NCBI GenBank assembly: GCA_965199495.1
Contig: CBDASK010000003.1
Coordinates: forward strand, 1,568,001-1,632,000
From: Abditibacterium sp.
GTDB taxonomy: Bacteria > Armatimonadota > Abditibacteriia > Abditibacteriales > Abditibacteriaceae
Direction of reading: 5' to 3'
Length of the DNA stretch: 64,000 nt
Part shown: positions 30,866 through 40,981 of the stretch, one piece after another
How the letters are laid out: each line of letters begins with the position of its first letter
Position numbering within the stretch: the stretch's first letter is position 1
Position numbers and translations under genes: made by a program
Notes under the pieces: generated by a model
The model's input: only the letters and a program-made list of their open reading frames with translations
What the model was told of the DNA's origin: nothing
Databases searched by the model: none

Positions 30866-31072
30866 GGAATCGCATAACTCACACCCCCTCTGTCCTTGGG
30901 ATCCGCCCAAGGGGCACCCGCCCCCTCCGAAAGGGGGAGAGGCGCTTTTACCGTTCATTACTCGCGTTTGTTTTGGCGATGTCGAAGGTCAAACCGCCTC
31001 TCCCCCTTCGGAGGGGGCGGGTGCCCCTTGGGCGGATCCCAAGGACAGAGGGGGTGTGAGTTATGCGATTCC
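30866..31072. repeat. REPIN-like long palindrome, CCCCCTC...GGGGGAGA family
   Basis: Arms of about 77 bp: GGAATCGCATAACTCACACCCCCTCTGTCC...GGACAGAGGGGGTGTGAGTTATGCGATTCC. Confidence 0.9.
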
Positions 31073-31126
31073 AACCAACTCTAATTTTCTACGCGCCATT
31101 AAACTAAACCGCCAACGAAAACCTTG

Positions 31127-32431
31127 ATGAAAATCCTGCTGCAACCGCAAACCGCCGTGACCTGCGACGCCGACTTTCGCGTCATCGAAAACGCCGCGAT
31201 TCATATCGAAAATGGCCGCATTACCTATATCGGCGAACGCCAAAACGCGCCCGATTTTGCGCCCGACGAAACCGTCGGCGGCGCGCATTTGATCGCGATG
31301 CCGGGTTTAATCAACACGCACACGCACGCGGCGATGACTTTGGTGCGCGGCTATGCCGACGACATGGCTTTAGAACCGTGGCTGCAAGGGAAAATTTGGC
31401 CTTACGAAGCGAATTTACAGGCGCATCACATTTATAAAGGCACGCAGTTGGCCGCCGCCGAAATGATTCGCGGCGGCACGACGATGTGCGCCGATATGTA
31501 TTTTCACTACGATGAAGGCGCGCGCGCCTTTCTGGAAAGCGGGATGCGCGCGGCGCCCGCCGCGACGTTGCTGGGTTTTTTGCCCGGTGCCGACCAGAAA
31601 ATCGCCGACGGCATCGCGTGGGCGCGCAATTGGCGCGGCGCGGGCGAGGGCCGCATCACGCCGCTGTTGGCGCCGCATTCGCTTTATACCTGCGACCGCG
31701 CGCAGTGGGAGAAAATCGTCGTCGGGGCGCACGAATACGACATTCAAATCACCACGCACGTCAGCGAAACGCGGCGCGAGAACGCCGACGTGGCTGCTTC
31801 GTGGGGCGCCTCGCCGATTCAATCATTGTTCCAAATCGGCGCGCTCGAACAACCATTGTTGGCCGCGCACTGCGTTTATACCGACGAGCGCGACCGCGAA
31901 ATTATGGCGAATACGCCGTTTTTCGTGGCGCATAATCCCCAGTCGAATTTGAAGTTGGGTTCGGGCATCGCGCCGATTCCCAATTATCGCGCGCGCGGCA
32001 TCTGCGTCGGGTTGGCGCCCGATGGAACGGCGTCGAATAACAATCTCGATATGTGGGAAGAACTTAGATTAGTCGCCACGCTCCACAAAGCCACGACGGG
32101 CGACGCCACGATGATTTCGGCGCGCGAAGCTCTGCAAATGGCGACCCTTGACGGCGCGCGTTGTCTGGGAATTTCCGATCAAACTGGCTCGCTCGAAAGG
32201 GGCAAAAAAGCCGATATCGTTTTAGTGGACTTCGACAAACCGCATCTGACGCCGCGTCATAACGTGGTTTCGCATCTGGTTTATGCGGCGGGCGCCTCGG
32301 ACGTTTCGAGCGTGATGGTGGACGGCAATTGGCTCTTGAAAAACGGCGAATGGAAAACGTTGGATGTCAAAGAAATCTGCGCCACCGCAGAAGCGATGGC
32401 GCAGGATTTAGTCGCGCAGGCGGGCAGTTGA
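31127..32431 (+). CDS. Amidohydrolase, MtaD-like 5-methylthioadenosine/SAH deaminase
   Basis: MPGLINTHTH, APHSLYTC, HVSET, AAHCV, SNLKLGSG, DGTASNN. Confidence 0.85.
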   Translation: MKILLQPQTAVTCDADFRVIENAAIHIENGRITYIGERQNAPDFAPDETVGGAHLIAMPGLINTHTHAAMTLVRGYADDMALEPWLQGKIWPYEANLQAHHIYKGTQLAAAEMIRGGTTMCADMYFHYDEGARAFLESGMRAAPAATLLGFLPGADQKIADGIAWARNWRGAGEGRITPLLAPHSLYTCDRAQWEKIVVGAHEYDIQITTHVSETRRENADVAASWGASPIQSLFQIGALEQPLLAAHCVYTDERDREIMANTPFFVAHNPQSNLKLGSGIAPIPNYRARGICVGLAPDGTASNNNLDMWEELRLVATLHKATTGDATMISAREALQMATLDGARCLGISDQTGSLERGKKADIVLVDFDKPHLTPRHNVVSHLVYAAGASDVSSVMVDGNWLLKNGEWKTLDVKEICATAEAMAQDLVAQAGS

Positions 32432-32438
32432 ATCCACT

Positions 32439-33305
32439 CTATTTCAAATTGCCGATCATTCGTTTGTGCGTGACGCTGCCCAGATCGGTGGCCGTGGCTC
32501 CGACTTGCGGCAACTTATCGAGAAACGCGAAATTTTCCATCGCGTCGCCGCTTTGATATTTATCGGCCAATTGTTCCAAGGTTTCGTCGGTCACGCCCGC
32601 ATAAGAAACGTGCTTGACGTAACTACCGACCGCGTCGCGATATTGCGAATAGAGCGTGAGCGTGGAATCGTCGCGATTGTAGAGCGCCGTCGCATAGCCA
32701 CTGCACATCGTGGGCGGAAACGTGTTGAGTTTCTGGTCGAAATTCCAGTTGAGCCGAATTGTCCGAGCTTTAGCATCGTCTTTTAACACCCGCGACAACA
32801 AAGCGAGCGGTTGCGCCGATTCGGCCTTAATCTGCACCGCATCACCTCTGTGGATGACCAGAGGAGAAATCGTTACGGGCACGGTCACCGCATTCGGCGC
32901 ATCGCCCATCGGTTCGCCCAATTCGGCCAAATCGGCGGCGGCGTCCGCGACGCGTTTGGTGCGCGTGCAAAGGTTGGTTTGCAATTGGTCGTCGCCCTTA
33001 TTTTTAAAAGCGTAGACGAGATAATCGCGGTCGCGGTCGAACACGATGCCGCACGCGGCGCTTTCGCTGTTAGACACAACAGCAGCCACGTCGCCTTGGA
33101 CGCCCTTCCACTTTTTGGAAACGGCGAACTGAAACGTGTTGGTGCCCTTACTTTTCTCGACCGAAGTCACTTTACCCACGAAAACCGCCGCCGATTGTTC
33201 GAGCGCGATTTTAGGAGCAGGCGGCGGCGCGCAACTGCACGCCTGAGCGATGGACGGGGCCGCGCACAAAGCGCCCGCGAGAACGAGTTTGAAAATGTTG
33301 TTCAT
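32439..33305 (-). CDS. Exported protein with N-terminal TIMP/NTR-like domain
   Basis: AQA|CSC, AVFVGKV, ACG..F....YLVYA, LCTRT pattern. Confidence 0.65.
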   Translation of the reverse strand: MNNIFKLVLAGALCAAPSIAQACSCAPPPAPKIALEQSAAVFVGKVTSVEKSKGTNTFQFAVSKKWKGVQGDVAAVVSNSESAACGIVFDRDRDYLVYAFKNKGDDQLQTNLCTRTKRVADAAADLAELGEPMGDAPNAVTVPVTISPLVIHRGDAVQIKAESAQPLALLSRVLKDDAKARTIRLNWNFDQKLNTFPPTMCSGYATALYNRDDSTLTLYSQYRDAVGSYVKHVSYAGVTDETLEQLADKYQSGDAMENFAFLDKLPQVGATATDLGSVTHKRMIGNLK

Positions 33306-33349
33306 GGAATTTCTGCGATTAAAGACTGCGTTATGGCGCGCGATGTTCC

Positions 33350-33382
33350 AAAAAAGCCCGCGAATTGGATTCGCGGGCTTTT
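33350..33382. terminator. Intrinsic terminator
   Basis: AAAAAAGCCCGCGAAT-TGG-ATTCGCGGGCTTTT downstream of the DUF3072 gene. Confidence 0.75.
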
Positions 33383-33404
33383 GTTGTGGGTTCGCAGCGA
33401 CAAT

Positions 33405-33650
33405 TTACTTGCCGCGCCCGGTTTTCTCCTGCAATTCGTCAATGCGCTTGGAAGCGTCGGCTTTGTTGAGCGTGTCGTCGAACGGCTCGTTCGCTTGATC
33501 GGACAGCGTCTTCAAATACGATTTCTGCGCGCCGGTCATCGGCTCTTCGCCAGTCGCCCAGGTGTCGGGGTCTTTCACCGCGTTCGAGTTCTCGCCGGTG
33601 TTGATTTCGTCATGCGTTTTGGGGGTCGAATCTTGATTTTGTGTGGCCAT
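33405..33650 (-). CDS. DUF3072 domain protein
   Basis: KDPDTWATGEEPMTGAQKSYLKTL...LNKADASKRIDELQ; ATG at 33650 with GGAG SD. Confidence 0.85.
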   Translation of the reverse strand: MATQNQDSTPKTHDEINTGENSNAVKDPDTWATGEEPMTGAQKSYLKTLSDQANEPFDDTLNKADASKRIDELQEKTGRGK

Positions 33651-33754
33651 AATAATTGGTTTTATCTCCGTCAATGAAATCAAGCAAAGCCAATGCCAAA
33701 AATTTAGCTTTTGGGAAAACAACGCTGGCTAATTCGCTGCATAATCTCGTTTTT

Positions 33755-35095
33755 ATGCGCGCAATTTTGGCTTTGACAGCAGTCGTAACTTTGGGGCTGA
33801 GCGTTTCGCCGACGCAGGCCCAGATCAAAATCGTCGGACAGAACTCGAACCTTTCGACGCCGAGCGTTGTTTTGCCCGCGATTCCCTCGCGCGGCACGAC
33901 GCCGACGGTTGGCGTGCCAAGAGTTGCGAGTCCGAAAGTGATTAATTCCGGCGTCAACGACGGCGTGACCGTGATGGGTGCGCCCATACCGAAAGTTTCG
34001 GCGTCGCGCGCCAAATACGAACCGGCGGGCGACAAGGTTTATCACGGCGCGTCCCTCCCCGACGCATGGAGCGAGAACGGTTTGCGGCGCCAAATCGCCG
34101 ATTATAACGAGGCGGCGGGCAAGAAAATTTCAGTCGTGACGTGGTTTGCCTCGGCCTACGAAAAGGGCCGCATGACGAGTTGGAGCCAATCTTATGCGCC
34201 CAACATGGCGCGCGTGCAGCGTTTGGGCGCGGTTTCGCTCATCAAGTTTTCTACCCAAGATTACGCGTGGGATCAAACCCACAAAATGGCCGACTTAAAG
34301 TCCATCGCGCGCGGCACATGGGACGATTATTTTAAGCAAGCGGCGCTGGCCGTAAAGCAGTTTGGTGGGCCGGTTTTCATTTCGATTGACCACGAAATGA
34401 ACGGCAACTGGTATCCCTACTCGCAAGCCTATCCCGGCGCGGACACGACGGCGGCGGATTACGTGGCGGCTTGGCGGCGCATTGTCACGATTTTCAACCA
34501 AAACGGCGCCAACAACGTCGCGTGGGTCTGGTCGCCCAATGTGCCCGATGTCGGCGGCGTCGGCTATGAAGCGTATTATCCCGGCGACAGTTATGTGGAT
34601 TGGGTCGGCGTTTCGCTGTATTCGGGCAACGACCCGACGGCGATGGACGATATTTACCAAAAATATGCGGCGAAGAAACCGTTTTTCATTACCGAATGGG
34701 CGACGGCGCCCGAAAAGAATCGCTATAACTCGCAGTTTCCCGGCGAGGTCGCGTGGGTCAAAGAGTTTTTCGATTCGCTCAACGAGCGTTATCCGCGCGT
34801 CAAAGCGATTTCGTGGTTCAACTGGAATCAGGGCGATGGCGACTATCGTTTGCAGCGCGTGCCCGAACAGGCCAAAGCCTACGCGGGCGACGTGGCTGCA
34901 CCGCGCTATCTGGCCAGCGCCGGAGATTTGGTCGCCGATAACACGCAACCCGCATTGCCGCGTTTGGACGTGCCGGGCCGCGAAGTTGTCTTAAAAGACG
35001 CCCCCAAAGTCGTTGATCCGAAGCCGCAAGCCGCGCCGCTTCAGCGCACGTTATTAGATCGCGTTCGCATTCAAACGGTGCCCACGCAACGGTAA
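33755..35095 (+). CDS. Secreted GH26-like glycoside hydrolase
   Basis: HEMNGNWYPY, YVAAWRRI, WVWSPN, YYPGDSYVDWVG, FITEW. Confidence 0.88.
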   Translation: MRAILALTAVVTLGLSVSPTQAQIKIVGQNSNLSTPSVVLPAIPSRGTTPTVGVPRVASPKVINSGVNDGVTVMGAPIPKVSASRAKYEPAGDKVYHGASLPDAWSENGLRRQIADYNEAAGKKISVVTWFASAYEKGRMTSWSQSYAPNMARVQRLGAVSLIKFSTQDYAWDQTHKMADLKSIARGTWDDYFKQAALAVKQFGGPVFISIDHEMNGNWYPYSQAYPGADTTAADYVAAWRRIVTIFNQNGANNVAWVWSPNVPDVGGVGYEAYYPGDSYVDWVGVSLYSGNDPTAMDDIYQKYAAKKPFFITEWATAPEKNRYNSQFPGEVAWVKEFFDSLNERYPRVKAISWFNWNQGDGDYRLQRVPEQAKAYAGDVAAPRYLASAGDLVADNTQPALPRLDVPGREVVLKDAPKVVDPKPQAAPLQRTLLDRVRIQTVPTQR

Positions 35096-35126
35096 TTTGG
35101 CCGAGCCAAACAATTTTGCACTTACA

Positions 35127-35293
35127 ATTTGTCATTCTGAGCGCGGGCGCCCTCTGGGCAGCAGGAACGAACGCAGTCGAAAAATATACAGGTTGCGAGT
35201 GAACTCGACTTTCGTCGGTAATCTTACGTCATGGATTCTTCGACTGCGTTCGTTCCTGCTGCCCAGAGGGCGCCCGCGCTCAGAATGACAAAT
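35127..35293. repeat. REPIN-like long palindrome, GTCATTCTGAGCG family
   Basis: ATTTGTCATTCTGAGCGCGGGCGCCCTCTGGGCAGCAGGAACGAACGCAGTCGAA...inverse. Confidence 0.9.
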
Positions 35294-35331
35294 GTGGCGC
35301 ATCTTGCACGTTCAAATGGCACTAATTTTCC

Positions 35332-38061
35332 TCAACTTAGTGTCTTAGTCATGTCGCGCAACGTTTCGACTAACTTGCTGGGCACAATCGGTTTGGTCAA
35401 ATGATTCTGAAAGCCCGCTTCCAATGCGCGCGCGCGGTCTTCGTTGCGGGCGTAGGCCGTAAGAGCCACGGCGGGCGTGTGACCGCCACATTCGGTGGAA
35501 AGCGCGCGCACGCTTTCGATGAGCGAATAGCCGTCGGAACCTGGCATGCCGATGTCCGACAGCAAAATGTCGGGGCGAAACTGTTCCAGAATTTCCAGCG
35601 CTTGCTCGGCGTTGCCAGCGATTTCGATTTGCGCGCCGTAACGCGTCAAAACCAACTGTAACATCTCGCGCGCGTCGGCTTCGTCGTCCACGATCAAAAT
35701 TTTGACGCCCCGCAAACTTTGCTGCGCGTCGGGCGCCGCTTCGCCATCCGCACTTGCGCCCAATTCATCCGTGCTGTGGGCGCCCAAAACCGGCGCGATT
35801 GGCAAATGAACGCGAAAGGTGCTGCCCTGCCCCAGACCCGGAGAATCCACGCTGACGCTCCCGCCGTGTTGCTCGACCAAATGGCGCACGATGGAAAGGC
35901 CCAAACCCAAACCGCCCGTCGCGCGCGTAGACGAGGCGTCAGCCTGACGGAAGCGCTCGAAGACGTGCGGCAGAAATTCGGGCGCGATGCCCGCGCCCGA
36001 ATCGGTGATTTCCAAAGCGTATCCCGAATCTTCGCGCGCGAGTTTTACCTTGACTTGACCGCCGCGCGGCGTGAACTTAACGGCATTGGCAATCAGATTC
36101 CACGCGACCTGCTGCAAGCGGTCGGCGTCGCCGACGCTACCCGCGCCGCGCGCGGGCAGGTCGGCCAGCAGAGCCACGCCCTTGACGCGCGCCGTCGGCT
36201 CGACGGTTTCGATGGCCGCGCGCACCACCTCGCTCAGATCAATTGAAATCAGTTCGAGTTTCAATTTGCCCGAAATAATGCGCGAAACATCCAATAAATC
36301 GTTGACGATTTGCGCCTGGGCGCGCGTGTTGCGCTCGATGACATCGTAGGCTTGCTTGCGAAAATCGGCGTCGGGATCATCGGTTTTGAGCAGTTCCAGC
36401 CAACCCAAAATTGGCGTCAGTGGCGTGCGCAGTTCGTGCGAAACGACGGCCAAAAATTCGTCTTTGAGGCGATTGGCGTTTTCGGCTTCTAAGCGCGCTT
36501 TCTCTTCGTTTTGCAACGCCTCCGCGCGATGCGCATCGGCGATTTTGGCATCGTCAATGTCGGTGCAGGTGCCAAACCATTGGACGATTTGACCGCGCTT
36601 GTCGCGCAGTGCCAGCGCGCGCGCCAGAAACCAGTGATATTCGCCGTCGCTGCGCCGCAAGCGATATTCGATTTCGTAGGGAGCGCCGCTATCAATCGAA
36701 TACTGCCAACGTATGCGCGCGCGGTCAACGTCGTCGGGATGCAACGGCATCGCCCAACCGCTACCGAAACTCTGCGCGGGCGAAAGCCCGGTGAACTGAT
36801 ACCAACGCTGGTTAAAATAGACGTGCGCGCCGCTCGCGTTGGTCATCCACACCATTTGTGGCATCTGTTCAGTGACCAAACGATATCGCTCTTCGAGCGC
36901 CGCCAGTGCCGCTTTCTCGCGTTGCGCAGCCTCGAACAAACGCGCATTTTCCAGCGAAAGCGCGGCCTGTCCGGCCAAGCCCTGAATCAAATGTTCGGCG
37001 TTTTTGCCGAAATTATTGGCTTTGGGATGCGCCAAAAACAGCGCGCCCAGCCACAAGCCCGAACGCGCTACAATCGGCGCCGCTAAATACGAAGCCACGG
37101 CGCCGCCCGCGCCAAACGGCGTGCGCAGTTTGGGCGCCCGATCCGTGTCGCGAATCTCGATGCCCTCGAAACGCGCGTCAGTTTGCAAATCGTCGGCTTG
37201 AATTGTTTCGGCACTTTCAACCGAAATCGCGTTGGAGCGCAACGCGTCGCCAAACGCGATGGGTTCTGGGCCAAACATCGCGCGCGGGTCGAGCGGCGAC
37301 AGCGCGTATTCGGGATTGGCCACATCTGGCCCGCACGAATAGGGCGGCGCCACGCTTTCCTGGGGCGACGGCAAAAACGCGCCGATGGTGGCGCCCGTCA
37401 GGTCAACCGCCGCTTGCGTAATCGCTTCGACCAATTTGCCCGCATCTAATTCGCCCGCTACAATGCGCCCGATTCGGTATAAAGTCGCGGTAATTTCGGT
37501 CTCTTCGCGCAACCGAATTTCGGTGAGTTTGCGGAGGCTGATGTCTTCGTGCGTAACAACCACGCGCGTTGGCTCCTTTGTTTCGGGTGCGGGCACGCTA
37601 TTCCAAAACCGCGTGGCGCGCAGGGCATACCAACGCTGCTGGTTGGGCGCATGACACGGATATTCCAGATAAAATTCGTCGCGTTGCCCGCCCAAGACTT
37701 CGCCCAGCCCCTGTAAAACCAAGGGCGCCTCTTCGGCGTTGGCGCCGGTCGCGCGCGCGCAAACCGCCAGATAATTGGCGCCCAAACCGTAGGATTCGCC
37801 GCTAAAATCATTGGATTGGGCGTAGCGGCGCCACGCCGCGTTGATCGAAATAATGGTGCCACCTTCGTCCAAAATCGCCAGATGCGCGGGCAGCGAATCT
37901 ATCGTCGCCTGCAAAACCGGCGACGCGACATCCGAAGCGATGCCATCGCGAACGACAGTTGCATCGGAATTCCCAACACTCAAATCTGGTTGGGACGAAA
38001 CGGAATTATCGCAAGATTGCTCGGAACAGCAAACCGGATTCGGCAAAACAAGAAACGACAT
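35332..38061 (-). CDS. Hybrid sensor histidine kinase (PAS-GAF-PAS-HisKA-HATPase-REC)
   Basis: SHELRTPL, NLIANAVKFT, GLGLGL, ILIVDDE, LLSDIGMP. Confidence 0.95.
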   Translation of the reverse strand: MSFLVLPNPVCCSEQSCDNSVSSQPDLSVGNSDATVVRDGIASDVASPVLQATIDSLPAHLAILDEGGTIISINAAWRRYAQSNDFSGESYGLGANYLAVCARATGANAEEAPLVLQGLGEVLGGQRDEFYLEYPCHAPNQQRWYALRATRFWNSVPAPETKEPTRVVVTHEDISLRKLTEIRLREETEITATLYRIGRIVAGELDAGKLVEAITQAAVDLTGATIGAFLPSPQESVAPPYSCGPDVANPEYALSPLDPRAMFGPEPIAFGDALRSNAISVESAETIQADDLQTDARFEGIEIRDTDRAPKLRTPFGAGGAVASYLAAPIVARSGLWLGALFLAHPKANNFGKNAEHLIQGLAGQAALSLENARLFEAAQREKAALAALEERYRLVTEQMPQMVWMTNASGAHVYFNQRWYQFTGLSPAQSFGSGWAMPLHPDDVDRARIRWQYSIDSGAPYEIEYRLRRSDGEYHWFLARALALRDKRGQIVQWFGTCTDIDDAKIADAHRAEALQNEEKARLEAENANRLKDEFLAVVSHELRTPLTPILGWLELLKTDDPDADFRKQAYDVIERNTRAQAQIVNDLLDVSRIISGKLKLELISIDLSEVVRAAIETVEPTARVKGVALLADLPARGAGSVGDADRLQQVAWNLIANAVKFTPRGGQVKVKLAREDSGYALEITDSGAGIAPEFLPHVFERFRQADASSTRATGGLGLGLSIVRHLVEQHGGSVSVDSPGLGQGSTFRVHLPIAPVLGAHSTDELGASADGEAAPDAQQSLRGVKILIVDDEADAREMLQLVLTRYGAQIEIAGNAEQALEILEQFRPDILLSDIGMPGSDGYSLIESVRALSTECGGHTPAVALTAYARNEDRARALEAGFQNHLTKPIVPSKLVETLRDMTKTLS

Positions 38062-38438
38062 AACGACATAAAGCGCGCTAAAATTGGAAAGTTAGGACGA
38101 AATAAGACGCGTCAAGTTGCCGCGCCTTAATATAAAGCGATATTATTCTCGACCTAATATCAGTTGTCAACAGAAGGAAAGCAAAGAAAAGTTTGACGTT
38201 TTACGCCATCTCTACTAAAATTGTTTCAACGGTGTAAATCCCACGTAACTTTTAGAATTAAGCGGCCAAAATCAAGGTCGCGCGCAACAAAGGCGCAAAG
38301 GTTCGATTTCACGAGTGTAGGCAACATGGATACTGCATTTTTGAGCGAATTTGAGCGTGAATTGAAGGGCGCAATTTGATTTGGCGGGTTGTTTTTAGCG
38401 GAAACGGCGATGCTCACCGTTAACAGGAGAATTTAGAA

Positions 38439-39164
38439 ATGCAGAAAATCATCAACAGTGTCGCTCTGGCGACCATCGCCCTCGCGGCGACAGCGGGCGC
38501 GGCTCACGCCGACCTCAACATTTCGGGCGCCGTCGGTTTGCCGCTCAACCCGACCGCTCAGATTCCAGCGCAGGGCGGCGCGCGCATCCAGGGCAACTAC
38601 TACGACCTGGCCAGCGGCACTTCTTACTACGGTTTGTTCGGCGCTGCGCGCGTCGGCGAGAAAATCGAAGTCAACGGCGGCGTTGACAAGCTGGAGAACT
38701 ACAAAACCGGTTTCGCGATTGGCGCCAAATATCTGATTACTCGCGAGAGCGATCCGGCGGGCGTGCGTTTGGCCGTGGGCGCCGGTTACAACGAGGCTTT
38801 GCTGAAAAATACCAACGCTTATGTTGTGGCCAGCAAATATCTGGGTCAGGTCGCTGATGGTCGCACCCCGATCACGGGTCATCTGGGCGTGCGCTACGAC
38901 AACTTCGACGCGTTTGGCGGCAACTCGGACAAGTTCTCGGTTTTCGCGGGCGCCGAAGTGCCGATCACGCAGACCGGCGACATCAGCGCCGTCGGTGAAG
39001 TGGGCACCAAAATCGCCGATGGCGGCAAAGTTCCCTACTCGATTGGCGTGCGTTATCGTCCCCAAGGCCGTCCGTTCGGCGCTTCGGTCGGTTTGGCGCA
39101 ACAGGGCATCGGCAGCGGTGGCCGCGTTTACGCGCAGATCGGTTATACCTTCAACACCAAATAA
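38439..39164 (+). CDS. Putative outer-membrane beta-barrel protein
   Basis: AGGAG SD, signal peptide AHA, amphipathic strands, C-terminal YAQIGYTF. Confidence 0.7.
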   Translation: MQKIINSVALATIALAATAGAAHADLNISGAVGLPLNPTAQIPAQGGARIQGNYYDLASGTSYYGLFGAARVGEKIEVNGGVDKLENYKTGFAIGAKYLITRESDPAGVRLAVGAGYNEALLKNTNAYVVASKYLGQVADGRTPITGHLGVRYDNFDAFGGNSDKFSVFAGAEVPITQTGDISAVGEVGTKIADGGKVPYSIGVRYRPQGRPFGASVGLAQQGIGSGGRVYAQIGYTFNTK

Positions 39165-39176
39165 ACTTTGGCGTTG

Positions 39177-39220
39177 AAACCCAAAAGCCCGCGACTGGCG
39201 TCGCGGGCTTTTTTGGGTTT
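39177..39220 (+). terminator. Intrinsic terminator
   Basis: AAAAGCCCGCGAC-TGGC-GTCGCGGGCTTTTTT. Confidence 0.8.
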
Positions 39221-39248
39221 ATCAAGGCGACGTGGCTGCTGACGCGCG

Positions 39249-39413
39249 CTTTGTCATTCTGAGCGCGGGCGCCCTTTGGGCAGCAGGGACGAACGCAGTC
39301 GAAGAATCCATAACTCTCGATGAGGATAAAGCGAAATCGTCGCGCGACCTATGGATTCTTCGACTGCGTTCGTCCCTGCTGCCCAAAGGGCGCCCGCGCT
39401 CAGAATGACAAAG
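39249..39413. repeat. REPIN-like long palindrome, GTCATTCTGAGCG family
   Basis: Perfect arms of about 64 bp, near-identical to the 35127-35293 copy, with a different central spacer. Confidence 0.9.
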
Positions 39414-39433
39414 ATGCGTAACGCATTTAATCG

Positions 39434-40123
39434 CTACCGTTCTGCCGCTTTAATCGCCGCGCGAATGCCCTGTTCCAATCGTTGCGTCGCGATTTCGCGT
39501 GCCTCGCGCTTGGGCAAATCCTGCAAATCGTCCAATGAAATCGGCGCGCCGTAATGAACACTGACGCGGCCCAGCGTCGGGCGTGGCATCAACTCGCCAT
39601 AAGGCACGATTTGACCTGCGCCCGCCAAACCGACCGGCACGATGGTCGCGCCGCTTTTGAGCGCCAGTTGCAACACGCCCGGAAGTAGCGCCGCGAGTTT
39701 GCCATCGGGCGCGATGCGGCCTTCGGGAAAAACGACCAAGGCTTCGCCGCGCGCTAAAATGCCCGCCGCTTTGCGCAACGCCGCGCGGTCGGGCGCGCCC
39801 GGATCAACGGGAAACGAGCCGACCAAATCCAAAACCGGCGCCAGCCATCCGATTTGCCACAGTTCGCGCTTGGCCATATAACCCGTCGGACGCAGCGTCG
39901 CCGCGCCGATGAGAAGTGGGTCGGCATCCGAAATGTGATTCGACGCCAGAATAACCGCGCCCGTGCGCGGCACATTTTGGCGGCCCGTCACACGAAAACG
40001 CGGCGCCATCGCGCGCATCAAAAAGCGCGCGAACAGTTGCACGATGGGAAACCAGCGCCGGTAGAACGGCGTAAATGCCGAATCGGTTTCGGAGCGGAAG
40101 AAAGAAGGTTTGTCGAGGCTCAC
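39434..40123 (-). CDS. plsC: 1-acyl-sn-glycerol-3-phosphate acyltransferase (PlsC-like)
   Basis: NHISDAD (HX4D), MAKREL, FPEG. Confidence 0.85.
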   Translation of the reverse strand: MSLDKPSFFRSETDSAFTPFYRRWFPIVQLFARFLMRAMAPRFRVTGRQNVPRTGAVILASNHISDADPLLIGAATLRPTGYMAKRELWQIGWLAPVLDLVGSFPVDPGAPDRAALRKAAGILARGEALVVFPEGRIAPDGKLAALLPGVLQLALKSGATIVPVGLAGAGQIVPYGELMPRPTLGRVSVHYGAPISLDDLQDLPKREAREIATQRLEQGIRAAIKAAER

Positions 40124-40166
40124 GATTTGTAGTTTGATTGGATTGAGTTGCGCGCCGTCGGACGCA

Positions 40167-40742
40167 CTATTTGCCGCGATGAATGGCGCTCCACTTGACT
40201 AATTCGGCGCTCATCTTTTCCAGCGATTGCGCCAACTTTTCGTCTTTGAGTTGGCCGTTTTCGTCGAAGGCGCCATACGATTTGGCAATCGAAAGTTGCG
40301 AGGGAATCGCCCACAGGTGCAGTTGGCGCGCGATGCCGCGCAAATGCGAGAGCGCCTGAATCGCGCCGATTTGACCAGCAGCCACGCCGAGCAGGGCGAC
40401 GACTTTGCCCTCGAAATCGGCAATCGAAGCCAAATCCAACGCGTTTTTTAAAGCGCCCGAATACGAACCGTGATATTCGGGCGTCGCCCACAACAAGCCG
40501 TCGGCGCCGCGAATGGCGGTTAATAGTTTTTCGGCGTCGGGCCATTCGTTGGGATTCCAATCGCTCGACGCGAACGGCAATTGGAGTTCGCGCAAATCGA
40601 GCAGTATCGTCTCACCGCCCGCGCGCTCTGCGGAATCCAGCGCCAATTGCAACGCGCGACGCGTGGTCGAATCGGCACTCAGGCTGCCGCAAATGCCGAC
40701 GATGACGGGCGAATCGGCGGATTGAGATTGAGGAATTTCCAT
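40167..40742 (-). CDS. NADPH-dependent FMN reductase
   Basis: GICGSL, ATPEYHGSYSGALKNALD. Confidence 0.92.
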   Translation of the reverse strand: MEIPQSQSADSPVIVGICGSLSADSTTRRALQLALDSAERAGGETILLDLRELQLPFASSDWNPNEWPDAEKLLTAIRGADGLLWATPEYHGSYSGALKNALDLASIADFEGKVVALLGVAAGQIGAIQALSHLRGIARQLHLWAIPSQLSIAKSYGAFDENGQLKDEKLAQSLEKMSAELVKWSAIHRGK

Positions 40743-40800
40743 GAATTTGAGTTAATCCCTTTGGCGTTGGGTGCGCAAATGTGGCGACTGTCGAAGCTCA

Positions 40801-40890
40801 CGCGACAAGCGGGGCTGACGCACCCTTCCAATCGTCAATCTTTCGACACAATCCGCCGATTGGAAGGGTGCGTCAGCCCCGCTTGTCGCG
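40801..40890. repeat. REP doublet / palindrome
   Basis: CGCGACAAGCGGGGCTGACGCACCCTTCCAATCG...CGATTGGAAGGGTGCGTCAGCCCCGCTTGTCGCG, perfect 34-bp arms. Confidence 0.85.
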
Positions 40891-40981
40891 AAGCGCGCTC
40901 TGTGAGGATTTACCCTTATCCAAAGCACAATTCGCGCGCGACTTGTCAAACTATGCGCGTGCCGATTTTCCGGTCGCTCCA

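Noticed and set aside
40781..40981. N-terminal extension of the CHASE3 kinase
   Set aside because: It is translated REP palindrome; the TM-containing protein starts at ATG 40982.
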